Source of the DNA: Malacoraja senta
Lineage: Eukaryota
Direction: 5' to 3'
Assembly: GCA_038087875.1 (NCBI GenBank)
Contig: CM075996.1
Location: forward strand, 9,612,001 to 9,676,000
Length of the DNA stretch: 64,000 nt
Shown: piece by piece, positions 49,426-61,897 of the stretch
How the letters are laid out: every line of letters begins with the position of its first letter
How positions within the stretch are numbered: the first letter of the stretch is position 1
Made by a program: the position numbers and the translations under genes
Notes under the pieces: model-generated
The model's input: only the letters and a program-made list of their open reading frames with translations
What the model was told of the DNA's origin: nothing
Databases searched by the model: none

Positions 49426-50724
49426 CTAACTGTTGCACAGCACTCATTGTTCTTTCTCGATTTGTGGAGAGATTTTAAGCAGAAGCTAAATGTAAGCATC
49501 CACTGCAATGGTGCACAAGAGTCAAGAGTGTTTTATTGTCGTACATCCCAGATAGAACAATGTAATTCTTACTTGCAGCAGCACAACAGAATATGTAAAC
49601 ATAGTACACTGTGAACAATATGATAAAGGCCAAAAAAAAGTTCAGTGTGTGTGTACATACACATATCCACCCATACACACACATTTGAGAGGAGGAGCTA
49701 TCTTGGGGAACGGCTGCTAACCAGCAGCCGTCCGTTAAATTCACTTTTTTTCCTTAATTTTTAGTTTTCTTGGTCTATGTCTAGGGGAATTTTGACTTTT
49801 AATGTAGGGGGGTAAGGGGGAAACTATCTCTAGGTCCCTACCTGGTCGGTGAGGCAGCTTTTTCTCCGGGCTGCCCCGTCGACCCGACCTCGTGGCCTAC
49901 CAGCGGGCCTGGAGTGGCGTTTTCCTGCGGGGACTGCCCAGCACCTTCAGCTTCGGTGGCGTCACAGCGCTGGAGCGCTATCGCGGAGCGGAGCGGGCGA
50001 TGCCTTGCCTGGGTCGCCGCGCTGGATCGACGCGCTGGAGCTCCGGTGAGCTGGACCGCCGAGCTCAACACCTCCGGGCTGCGGGACTGTGGAGCGGCCA
50101 GCTGCGGGCGGCGGCGCCGACTCTAACATCGGGAGCCTCGGAGCTCCAAATCGGCGCGGCCTTGTCGGCTTCAGGTGCCACGGACTCCAGTAGGAAATCG
50201 GCCGTTCCAGCCGTCCCAGCCGCAGCGAGGACTCTCCCGATGCCGGGGCAACAACACCCGGCGAGAACGGCCAGGAACATCGGGCCTCAGTAGAGGCAAC
50301 TGTGGAGGCCTCAATAGGCCTGACTTTGGGGAGAACTGGGGTTGGGGACTGGACATTGTGCCTTCCCCCACAGTGGTAACCATTGTGGGGGGATGATTTT
50401 GTGTGTAGTGTGTAGTGTCTATGTTAGTCTATGTCCAAGATGGCGGTCGGAAGGGAGAGTGGACGCTGGCGCACTTTGGCTGCCGCTGCTGTCTCTTCAC
50501 ATTGTGTTTCTGAATTTTTGTTGTTGTCTTTTTTGGATCGAATTTCTGTCTTTAATTTGTGTATTGGTGATGTCTTATTTTACTCTGATTATATGTTTCT
50601 TTGTTAAATTTTGTAAGGTGTCCTTGAGACTTTTGTATAGGCGCCCATAAAGAAAATCTATTATTATTATTATTATTATACACACACATATATTTATGTA
50701 TATATATGTACACACATATATTTA

Positions 50725-51540
50725 TATTTGTAAGAAAGTACTGCAGATGCTGATTAAATCGAAGGTAGACACAAAATGCTGGAGTAACTCAGCGGGTGAC
50801 GCAGCATCTCTGGAGAGAAGGAATAGGTGACGTTTTGGGTCAGACTGATGTGGGGGGGGGGGGTTTGGGGGAGGGAAGAAGAAAGGAAGAGGCGGAGACA
50901 GTAGACTGTGGGAGAGCTGGGAAGGGGAGGGGAAGGAGGGAGAAAGCAAGGACTACCTGAAATTGGATAAGTCAATGTTCATACCGCTGGGGTGTAAACT
51001 AACCAAGCGAAATATGAGGTGCTGCTCCTCCAATTTGCGTAGGACTCACTCTGGCCATGGAGGAGGCCCAGGACAGAAAGGTCAGATTTGGAATGGGAGG
51101 GGGAGTTGAAGTGCTGAGCCACCGGGAGATCAGGTTGGTTAGTGCGAACTAAGCGGAGGTGTTGGGCGAAGCGATCGCCAAACCTGCGCTTGGTCTCACT
51201 GATGTAGATCAGCTGACATCTAGAGCAGCAGATGCAATAGATGAGGTTGGAGGAGGTGCAAGACTGCTTGGGTCCTTGGATGGAATCCCGGGGGGAAGTA
51301 AAGCGACAAGTGTAGCATTTGTTGCGGTTGCAAGGGAAAGTACCCGGGCAGGGGGTGGTTTGGGTGGGAAGGGACAAATTGACCAGGGAGTTACGGAGGG
51401 AGTGGTCTCTGCGGAAAGCGGACAGGGGAGGAGATGGGATGATGTGGCCAGTGGTGGGATCCCGTTGGAGGCGGCGAAAATGTCGGAGGATTATCTGTTG
51501 TATGTGACGGCTGGTGGGGTGGAAGGTGAGGACAAGAGGG
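50725..51540 (-). mobile_element. Penelope-like 3' portion (longest copy: Cys-rich linker + GIY-YIG)
   Basis: PGTFPCNRNKCYTC...SSNLIYCICCSRCQLIYISETKRRFGDRFAQHLR. Confidence 0.88.
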
Positions 51541-51921
51541 ATAATAAGGTCATAAGGAATAGGAGTAGAATTAGGCCATTCAGCCCATCAAATCTACTCT
51601 GCCATTCAATCATGGCTGATCTATCTCTCCCTCCAAACCCCATTCTCCTGCCTTCTCCCCATAACCTCTGAGCCATACTAATCAAGAGAAGGATTAATGT
51701 GTAGGAAGGAACTGCAGATGCTGGTTCATACTGACGATAGACACAAAATGCTGGGCTCCACCATGTTGGCCATCTGTTGCCGGCCCTGATTTGTTCTGGC
51801 CTTTCCCGACCTCCAGTTCCCTCCCCTCTACTTCAAGTCTGAAGCAGGGTCTCGACCTGAAACGTCACCCAAACTTTTATTTTAGTTTAGTGTTAGTTTA
51901 GTTTAGAGATTCAGCGAGGAA

Positions 51922-52457
51922 ATTAATTTGAGGAAGAACATCCTTGTGATTGAGGCAGTGCAGCCAGCGTAGGTTCACGAGATTGATCCCTGGATGGCGG
52001 GACTGTCATATGAGGAAAGATTGAAAAGACTAGGCTTGTATTCACTGGAGTTTAGAAGGATGAGGGGGAATCTTATAGAAACATATAAAATTATAAAAGG
52101 ATTGGACAAGCTAGATGCAGGAAAAATGTTCCCAATGTTGGGCGAGTCCAGAACCAGGGGCCACAGTCTTAGATTAAAGGGGAAGTCATTTAAGACTGAG
52201 GTGAGAAAAACCTTTTTCACCCAGAGAGTTGTGAATTTATGGAATTCCCTGCCACAGAGGGCAGTGGAGGCCAAGTCACTGGATGGATTTAAGAGAGAGT
52301 TAGATAGAGCTCTGGGGGCTAGTGGAGTCAAGGGATATGGGGAGAAGACAGGCACGGGTTATTGATAGGGGACAATCAGCCATGATCACAATGAATGGCG
52401 GTGCTGGCTCGAAGGGCCGAATGGCCTCCTTCTGCACCTATGTTTCTATGTTTCTAT
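51922..52457 (+). mobile_element. CR1 LINE 3' fragment
   Basis: ORF 51994-52365 encodes the CR1 RT C-terminus; tail present. Confidence 0.85.
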
Positions 52458-53196
52458 GAAACAGGCCCTTCGTCCCACCGAGTCCGCACCGACCAGCGAT
52501 CCCTGCACATTGACACTATGTTACACACTTTAGGGACAATTTTTTATAATTATACCAAGCCAGTTAATGTACAAACCTGTACGTCTTGGGAGTGTGGGCG
52601 GAAACCGAAGATATCAGAGAAAACCCACGCAGGTCACGGGGAGAAGGTGTAAACTGCGTACAGACAGCACCCGTAGTCAGGAACGAACCCGGGTCTCTGG
52701 AGCTGTAAGCATTGTAAGGCAGCAACTCTACCACCGTGCCGCCATGCCGCCCTATGTGTTGGAAGGAACTGCAGATGCTGGTTCATACTGACGATAGACA
52801 CAAAATGCTGGGCTTCACCATGTTGGCCATCTGTTGCCGGCCCTGATTTGTTCTGGCCTTTTCCAACCTCCAGTTCCCTCCCCTCCACTTCAAGTCTGAA
52901 GAAGTGTCTCTGCCCAAAATGCCACCCATCCCATTTTCTCCAGAGATGCTGCCTGACCCGCTGAGCTGCCACTTTCAACTCTGGGGAAACAGCCACTCGG
53001 CCACCCCTGACGGGTCAACTGTTGCCCTCCAGCGAGCTCTAGGACCATCTTTGCTCGCCTCCTGATAAATGTCTCACCTGAGAAGTTTAACCAGCATGTC
53101 CTCCACGGTCAATAAAGTGTGGAGACCTTCGCCACACATCATGCTCTCACCAGGTCTGAAGAAGGGTCTCGACCCTGAAACGTCCCCCATTCCTTC

Positions 53197-53410
53197 TCTC
53201 CAGAGATGCTGCCTGACCCGCTGAGTTACTCCAGCATTTTGTGTCCATGTTCTCCAGAGATGCTGCCTGACCCGCTGAGTTACTCCAGCATTTGTGTCCA
53301 TGTTCTCCAGAAATGCTGCCTGACCCGCTGAGTTACTCCAGCATTTTGTGTCCATGTTCTCCAGAGATGCTGCCTGACCCGCTGAGTTACTCCAGCATTT
53401 TGTGTCTACC
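53197..53410 (+). repeat. Four tandem ~54-bp units derived from the Penelope-like terminal repeat
   Basis: TCTCCAGAGATGCTGCCTGACCCGCTGAGTTACTCCAGCATTTTGTGTCCATGT x4. Confidence 0.92.
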
Positions 53411-56400
53411 TTGACCTGACTTAACGTGTGTGGCACCACTGCCTCTGTACCACCTGCATCTACCTCTGCATCGCTGTTTAACTCTTTCCTCCCCAGCGTT
53501 GCTTGGCAGTGAGTGAGTTCATGGCACTGAAGGTGACATTGGCAAACCGTTCTCGCCTGTCTTGTAAGTGAAAGGAAGAATCCTGTTGCCCTAATTTCAA
53601 AAATAGCTTCATTAGATCCCTTGAATGAAGTGGTGCAAAGACTCAGCAAGGTCCACAGAGATCAGGGGTGACAAGCTGCCATTTTAGTTTCAAAACTGCA
53701 GTGGGAAGTTGTCCCTCTGTCTCCAGCTCGAGGCTGCTGGCTGGGAGATAGCAGACAGTGTGGCTTGGTGTCACTGGGCTTGCGTCAGTGACTCGAGTCT
53801 TATTTCTGCAGCTTATCGATTGAATGATATTTTTTGGTTCAGTTTAGTTTAGAGATAAGCGTGGAAACAGGCCCTCCGGCCCGCCGAGTCCGCGCCGACC
53901 AGCGATCACCCCGTACACTAACAATAACCTATGCACTGGGGACAATTTACCTGAAGCCAATCAACGTACAAACCCTCACGTCTTTGGAGTGTGGGAGGAA
54001 ACCGGAGCTCCCAGAGAAAACCCACGCAGGTCACGGGGAGAACGTACAAACTCCGTACAGACACGCACCAGTAGTCAGGATTGAACCCGGGCCTCTGTTT
54101 CTGTAAAGCAGTAACTCTCCCGCTGCACCACTGCACCCCTGGGGAGGTGGGTGTATGGAACGAGCTGCTGGAGGAGGTAGTTGAGGCAGGTCCTATAACA
54201 TCATTGAACAGACATTTGGACAGAGACATGGATAGGATGTGGACCAACTGCACACAATTGGGACTAATTTAGATGGAACGTTTTGGTCGGCATGGACTAG
54301 TTGGCCGAAACTAAACGAAACTCAACAATCTAATGTCAACATCACGGGTTTTAATCTTGCCTTGAACTTGAACTTGAACTGCTTCTGACAGTGGGGCAGT
54401 GTCGTGGGACACAGAGTCTTCACGGGGTGGGGTGGATGGAGATGGGGAAGTGACAGTGAACAAGGCAGTGGGGCTGGAAACAGGGGGAGCAACATTCTCT
54501 CGGTCACACCCTCGCCCACACTGGCAAAACAGGCAGCTTTTCATTCCAGTCCCTTCGTCGAAACTTCCCAAAATGGGGCGGCACGGTGGTGCAGCGGTAG
54601 AGTTGCTGCCTCACAGCACCAGAGGCCCGGGTTCGATCCCGACTACGGGTGCTGTCTGTACGGAGTTTGCACGTTCTCCCGTGACCTGCCAGAGTTTTCT
54701 CTGAGATCTTTGATTTCCTCCCACACTCCAAAGACGTACAGGTTTGTAGGTTAATTGGCTTGGTGTAAATTGTCCCTGGTGTGGGTAAGATGGTGTTAGT
54801 GTGCGGGGATCGCTGGTCGGTGCAGGCTCGGAGGGCCGGAAGGGCCTGTTTCCGTGCTGTATCTCTAAACTAATCTAAGCTTTAATATCCTCGATGTACC
54901 AATGAAGACAGTCATTGCAGGTGCGAGGATGAAGTGACTCAGGTGGGGCCCACATTAGCAGTGAGGTGAGGGAGGCTACAGCTCGGGTGCTGAGCGCAGG
55001 GTGATGGGTCCTAGGCTGTTGTGTACACGGGCAGAGGATGCAGCAGGGAATGATGGTGGCAGTGGGACGGCTCGGAGAGCTAGCATGAGCTCGATGGGAC
55101 GAATGGCTTCCTTCACCATTTAGTTTAGTTTAGTTTAGTTTAGAGACAGTGCAGAAACAGGTCCTTCCAGCCCACCGAGTCCACACCGACCAGCGATCCC
55201 CGCACACTAACACTATCCTACACACACGAGGGACAGTTTTACATTTAGACTCCTTCCATTTAAAGGAGGGGGAGACTTTAGGGGAGGGGGTGAGGGGGTG
55301 GGGGGTGGGGGGTGGGGGGAGGTAGAGCAAGGCTCATTGAATTCAAAAAAGTAAAATCAGGGACCATGGAAACCTGTCTGCACATCACCGGCAATTTACA
55401 GAGGGCCAATTAACCTCCCAACTCCTACTGCTTTGGCATGTGGGAGGAAACCAGAGCGCCTGGAGAAAACCCACGCGGTCACAGGGAGAACGCAAACTCC
55501 GTACAGACAGCGCCCGAGTTCGGGATCGAACCGGGGTCTCTGGCGCTGTGAGGCAGCAGGCCTACCCGCTGCACCACTGTGTTCTGCATTGGATACGGCC
55601 AGCACCAGAGGGAACCTGGAGATGCAGGGAATGGAGGGACATGGATCACGTGCAGGCAGAGGAGATTAGTTTATCTTGACGTTATGTGGAGGAAGGAACT
55701 GCAGATGCTGGTTTACACCGAATATAGACACAAAAATGCTGGAGTAACTCAGTGGGTGGGAGGAACAACCTGAGTTACTCCAGCATTTTGTGTCTATCTT
55801 GACATCATGCTTGGCACAGACATTGTGGGCCGAAGGGCCTGTTCCTGTGCTGTACTGGGCTGTGTTGTATGATCCCAGCTCCCTGGAGCAGTGTGGCACC
55901 AGGCACTTCTTTATCTTCATAAGTTCATGTGATAGGAGCAGAATTAGGCCATTCGGCCCATCAAGTCTACTCCGCCATTCAATCATTTCTGATCTATCTT
56001 TCCCTCTCAACCCCATTCTCCCGCCTTCTACCCATAACCCCTGATACCCGTACTAATCGAGAATCTATCTCTGCCTTAAAAATATCCAATATCCTATTGG
56101 AATCAAGGGATATGGGGAGAAGGCAGGCACGGGTTTTTGATTGGGGACGATCAGCCATGATCACAATGAATGGCGGTGCTGGCTCGAAGGGCCAAATGGC
56201 CTCCTCCTGCACCTATGTTCTATGTTTCTATGTTTCTATGACTTGGCCTCCATGACCTTCTGTTGCAATGAATTCCACAGATTCACCACCCTCTCACTAA
56301 AGAAATCCCTCCTCATTTCCTTCCTAAAGGGATGTCCTTTTATTCTGACGCTGTACCCTCTGGTCCTAGACTCTCCCACTAGTGGAAGCATCCTCTCCAC

Positions 56401-58694
56401 ATCCACTCTATCCAAGCCTTTCATTATTCTGTTTCAATGAGGTTCCCCCTCATCCTTCAAAACTCCAGCGAGTACAGGCTCAGTGCGGTCAAACGCTCAT
56501 CATTTGTTAACCCACTCATTCCTGGGATCATTCTCATAAACCTCCTCTGGACCCTCTCCAAAGCCAGCACATCCTTCCTCTTTGGACACAGGGTTAAGGT
56601 GAAAGGGAAAAGATTTAATAGGAACCTGCAGGATAACTTTTTCACACAAAGGGTGGTGGGTGTGTGGAACGAGCTGCCAGCGGAGGTAGTTGAGGCAGAG
56701 ATAGGCCCAACAATTAAAGGACATTCTTTTAGGAAGGAGATGAGGAGGAATTTCTTTAGTCGGAGGGTGGTGAATCTGTGGAATTCTTTGCCATAGAAGG
56801 CTGTGGAGGCCAAGTCAGTGGATATGTTTAAGGCTGAGATAGATAGATTCTTAATTAGTACGGGTGTCAGAGGTTATGGGGAGAAGGCAGGAGAATGGAG
56901 TTAGGAGGGAGAGATAGATCAGCCATGATTGAATGGTGGAGTAGACTTGATGGACCGAATGGCTTAATTCTACTCCTATTCCTTATGTACTTATACCATT
57001 TAAGAAACAGTTAGACAGGTACAGGGATAGGACAGGTTTGGAGTGATATGGACCAAACGCAGGCAGGTGGGACTAGTGTAGCTGGGACATGTTGGCCGGT
57101 GTGGGCAAGATGGGGCTCTGTGGCCCTATGACAGTACACGGGGCCCACAATTGCTCGCAGTGCTCATGAGACGGTCTGACCAGCCTTGGCCTCTTATGTT
57201 TCAGTGGTGACGTCCAAGGAGGGTTTGTGAAGAGAGAGGCGAGTCATGGCAGTTCCCTGTTGGTGCTTTCAGTGGAGGGAGCTCAGCTTCAGACTGACAG
57301 CTTCTGTGATCAGTGTAGACACAGCCATCTCTAATGATGAGGGTAATGATGTTCTGAATATGATGCATAAATAGAGGTTGTAATTATGCCTGTAACTCCA
57401 ATACATTACTATTGTCATGTCTTTTCAATTAAATGGAATTAAACCAGTCCCATAAGAATGATGTTCTCCATAACATTTGTGTTATACTTAACACAACATT
57501 GTGAGATTGCAGCACCTTCCTAATTAGTTCCACTCTCCTAATTCTTCCCGACAGGCTGCGCTTCCTTGGATTTATGGTTTTAACTGCCTTCTCTGTCCAT
57601 TTGCCGATTATGACCACACTCTGTGTAAAAATAACCACTCTTCTCTCGCCAATTAACTCGAGTTTGTGCCCTCTGGTATTGCCTGTCTGTTTACTTCGCG
57701 AAATCTCAAATTATTTGGAGCACCGCGATGAAATGTCCCCGCTCCTGCTCCTTCTCCGAGAAGACAAGCCTTCACCTTGGACGGACACACAAAACGCAGC
57801 GGGACAGGCAGCGTCTCTGGACAGAAGGGACGGGTGACGTTTCAGATCAAGACCCTTCTTCAGACATCCATCCGAAATGTCACCCATTCCCTTTTCTCCA
57901 GAGATGCAGCCTGTCCCGCTGAGTTGATCCAGCATTTTGTGTCTATTTTCGATTTAAACCAGCATCTGCAGTTCCTTCCCACCCATCTTTGTTTGTACCA
58001 CACCCCAGCGGTATGAACATTTGACCTCCAATTTCAGGAAGTCCCTGCTTTCTCCCTCTTTCCCACTCCCCATCCCAGCTCTCCCACAGCCCATTCTCAG
58101 CCTCTTCCTTTCTTCTTCCCGCCACCCCCCCCCACCTCCACATCATTCTGAAGAAGGGTCTCGACCCGAAACATCGCCTATTTCCTTCGCTCCATAGATG
58201 CTGCCTCACCCGCTGAGTTTCTCCAGCATTTTGTGTCTATCTTCGATCTAAACCAGCATCTGCAGTTCATTCCCACCCATCTTTATTTGTTTAGTTCAGT
58301 CTGGTTTATTGTCACGTGTACCGAGGTCCAGTCTCGCTGCGTGCTGACCAGCCAGCGGAAAGAGTGGACATGATTACAATCGAGCCGTCCACAGTGTACA
58401 CATATACAGTGTAAAGGGAATAACATTCAGTGCAAGACAAAGTCCAGCTGTTGGTGTGGATGTCCAGGGCGAGACCCTTCTTCTGACCGAGAGTCGGGGG
58501 AGAGGGAGTCTGGAGATAAGGAGGGGTAAGGTGTGAAAACACAGACAGCTGGAGAGCAGGAGGAATTACAGTGTAGATCAAACAGTATTGCTGATTAGAT
58601 CCATGTCTGGTTTTGCTATTGAGGACCCGATCCCTAATCCATGTCGGGTTTCCACCTTGCCATCCTGTGGAATGTAAGCAACCCTACTTTCAAT

Positions 58695-59131
58695 AACCAA
58701 CCTGAACTCCCGGTGGCTCAGCACTTCAACTCCCCCTCCCATTCCGTATCTGACCTCTCTGTCCTGGGTCTCCTCCATGGCCACAGCGAGCAACACCGTA
58801 AATTGGAGGAAATGCACCTCATATTCCGCTTGGGCAGTCTACATCCTGGTGGCCTGAACGTTGAATTCTCCCAATTCTGCTAGCCCTGGCTGTCCCCTCC
58901 CCTTCATCAGCCATCTGGTTGTCTCCTCCCCTCCCCCAGCCCTCGGGCTCCTCCTCCGCCTTTTCCTTTTTTCCTTTCTTCTCCCCATCCCCTATCAGTC
59001 TGAAGAAGGGTTTCGGCCCGAAACGTTACCTATTTCCTTCGCTCCATAGATGCTGCTGCACCCGCTGAGTTTCTCCAGCTTTTTTGTGTACCTTCGATTT
59101 TCCAGCATCTGCAGTTCCTTCTTTAACACTT
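58695..59131 (+). mobile_element. Penelope-like 5'-truncated copy
   Basis: PELPVAQHFNSPSHS..RKLEEMHLIFRLG; hammerhead-like core 59000-59027; 12-bp TSD CCTACTTTCAAT (58683, 59132). Confidence 0.88.
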
Positions 59132-59469
59132 CCTACTTTCAATTTGATTGACGACTTTGACCCTACAGCACTTGCTGCTGTGGTCTCTGTATGTATTCTT
59201 ATTAAAGTACGTATTATGAAGTTCTATGACTCAGTGTCGACAGTACTTTACACACAGGGAAGGTGCAGCGAGAGAGGATGTTGCAGAGAGGAGAGAGGAG
59301 AACTTATTCAAAGTAGACACACCTTGTGGAGATTTCGCAGTGGAGCAGACAAAATGTGTAGGAAGGAACTGCAGATGCTGGTTTACACTCTGTGAAGATA
59401 GACACAAAATGCTGGAGTAACTCAGCAGGACAGGCAGCATCTCTGGAGAGAAGGAATGGGTGATGTTTC

Positions 59470-59997
59470 AATAGACAATAGGTGCAGGAGTAGGCCATTC
59501 GGCCCTTCAAGCCAGCACCTCCATTCAATGTGACCATGGCTGATCATCCCCAATCAGTACCCCGTTCCTGCCTTCTCCCCATATCCCCTGACTCCGCTAT
59601 CTTTAAGAGCCCTATCTAGCTCTCTTTTGAAAGTATCCAGAGAACCGGTCTCCACAGGCCTCTGGCAGAGAATTCCACACATTCACAACTCTCTGGGAGA
59701 AAAAGTGTTTCCTCGTCTCCGTTCTAAATGGCTTACCCCTTATTCTTAAACAGTGGTCCCTGGTTCTAGACTCCCCCAACATGTTTCCTGCTTCTAACGT
59801 GTCCAAAGCCTTAATAATCTTATATGTTTCGATAAGATTCCCTCTCATCCTTCTAAACTCCAGAGTGTACTAAACTCCAGAGTATACAAGCCCAGCCGCT
59901 CCATTCTCCAAGCATATGACAGTCCCGCCATCCCGGGAATTAACCTTGTAAACCTACGCTGCACTCCCTCAATAGCAAGAATGTCCTTCCTCAAATT
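59470..59997 (-). mobile_element. CR1 LINE 3' fragment
   Basis: RRFTRLIPGM, MRGNLIETY plus 3' UTR. Confidence 0.8.
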
Positions 59998-61499
59998 CAG
60001 GTCGAGACCCTTCTTCAGACTGAGAGTCAGGGGATGTCCAGAATCAACACTCACCCTCACCAGCGCATTGGCAAGTGTTCGATGCGTTAAGGCAGCTGAG
60101 GCCGCACTGTTTAGTTGAGTTCAGTAGAGAGATACAGCACGGAAACAGGCCCTTCGGCCCACCGAGTCCACGCCGACCAGCGATCCTTGCCACTAACACA
60201 CAATTTACAATTATACCAAGTCAATTAGCCTACAAACCTGCACGTTTTGTGGAGTGTGGGAGGAATCCGAGCACCTGGAGAAAACCCATGTAGGTCACGG
60301 GAAGAACGTGCAACTCCATACAGACAGCACCCATGGTCAAGATGGAACCCGTGTCTCTGGCACTGTAAGGCAGCAACTCTACCGCTGCGCTGTTGGTGAT
60401 GCCACAACTGATGTATCTCCCAGAGTTAACTCAAGCGTTGATTCCATTGCTGATTACCCTGACCAGGAGACAGTTAACATCACGCCCGTGTTCAGCCGCA
60501 GCAAGGTGTAGTTCACCTCCTCCATGGTCATGAGTGAACCAGAGGGATCCATGATTTAGGGATAGTTTATGATTAACACATGTAAACGAGGTGCAAGGAT
60601 AAGTTTTGTTTTTTTAATGCTGTCGAATCAAATCAGATGCAGGTCCGCCACCGATCTTCCGGCAACTGGTGATCTGGCACCTCCTTTATCCGGTCAAAAC
60701 GGCCCTTGAAATCCCCCCCCCCCGCCCCCGTTAATGTCCCGTCTAGACCGGGTGAGCGGCCAATCTCAAACTCACCAGCACTTTTAATCAATAATGTTTT
60801 ATTATTAATATCTAATGCTCTATGTGTCATTCCTAGCTGTCACTGTATGTCACGTTGTCACTTGCGGGCGGAGCACCAAGGCAAATTCCTTGTATGTGAA
60901 TACTTGGCCAATAAACGTATTCATTCATCCAGACTGGTTCCACCCTTTGCCCCCAGCGGCCAGGGGCTCTGGAACTCTGGCAGATGCGTTCCCACAGCCC
61001 GCTTCCGAGGCCGACTTTGTGGGCCGATATCCTGGCATCCCGGTGGCCAATCTGGGCACAACATAGAGCATAGAACCATACAGGCCCTTCGGCCCACCAT
61101 GCCTGTGCTGTACGTGGTCAAGACCATCTCTTCATCCGCCGATACATGATCCTATCCCTCCGTTCCCTGCCTATCCATGTGCCTATCTTAAACATCACTA
61201 TCATATCTGCCTCCACCACCACCCCTGGCAGCACGTTCCAGGCCACCCACCACCCTATGTGTAAAAAACTTGCCCCGCACATCTCTTTAAACTTTGCCCT
61301 CTCTCTCCTGACAGCCATGCCCTCTAGACTATGCATATCCACCCGAGGGGAAAAGTTCTGACTGTCTACCTTATCTATGCCTCGCATCATTTTATACACT
61401 TCTATAAGGTCCTCAACCTCTGGCGTTCCATGGAAAACAATCCGTCTGTCCAACCTCCTCTTGTAGCTGATACCCCATAAACCAGGCATCACCCAGAGC

Positions 61500-61897
61500 T
61501 ATAGACAATAGACAATAGGTGCAGCAGTAGGCCATTCAGCCCTTCCAGTCCAGCACCGCCATTTAATGTGATCATGGCTGATCATCCACAATCAGTACCC
61601 CGTTCCTGCTTTCTCCCCATATCCCCTGACTCCACTATCTTTAAGAGCCCTACCTAGCTCTTTGTTGAAAGTATCCAGAGAACCGGCCTCCCACCGCCCT
61701 CTGAGGCAGAGAATTCCACAGACTCACAACTCTCTGTGTGAACAAGTGTTTCCTCATCTCCGTTCTAAATGGCTTACCCCTTATTCTTAAACCTGTGGCC
61801 CCTGGTCTGGACTCCCCCAACATCGGGAACATGTTTCCTGCCTGTAGCGTGTCCAAGCCCTTAATAATCTTATATGTTTCAATAAGATCCCTCTCAT
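61500..61897 (-). mobile_element. CR1 LINE 3' fragment
   Basis: Same 3' UTR and tail as the 1848-2275 copy. Confidence 0.8.

Noticed and set aside
49838..50396. GC-rich ORFs / CpG island suggesting a second gene promoter
   Set aside because: Layout and (TTA)n tail match the LINE-derived retroposon family; no splice or protein evidence
53078..53150. Possible minus-strand exon (GLHTLLTVEDMLVKLL, CAG|GTGAGA)
   Set aside because: Good donor but no convincing acceptor, no recognisable homology, no partner exons
60449..60552. Possible minus-strand exon (MDPSGSLMTMEEVNYTLLRLNTG... or an LHLAAA frame)
   Set aside because: Not recognisable and isolated; needs blastx or RNA-seq
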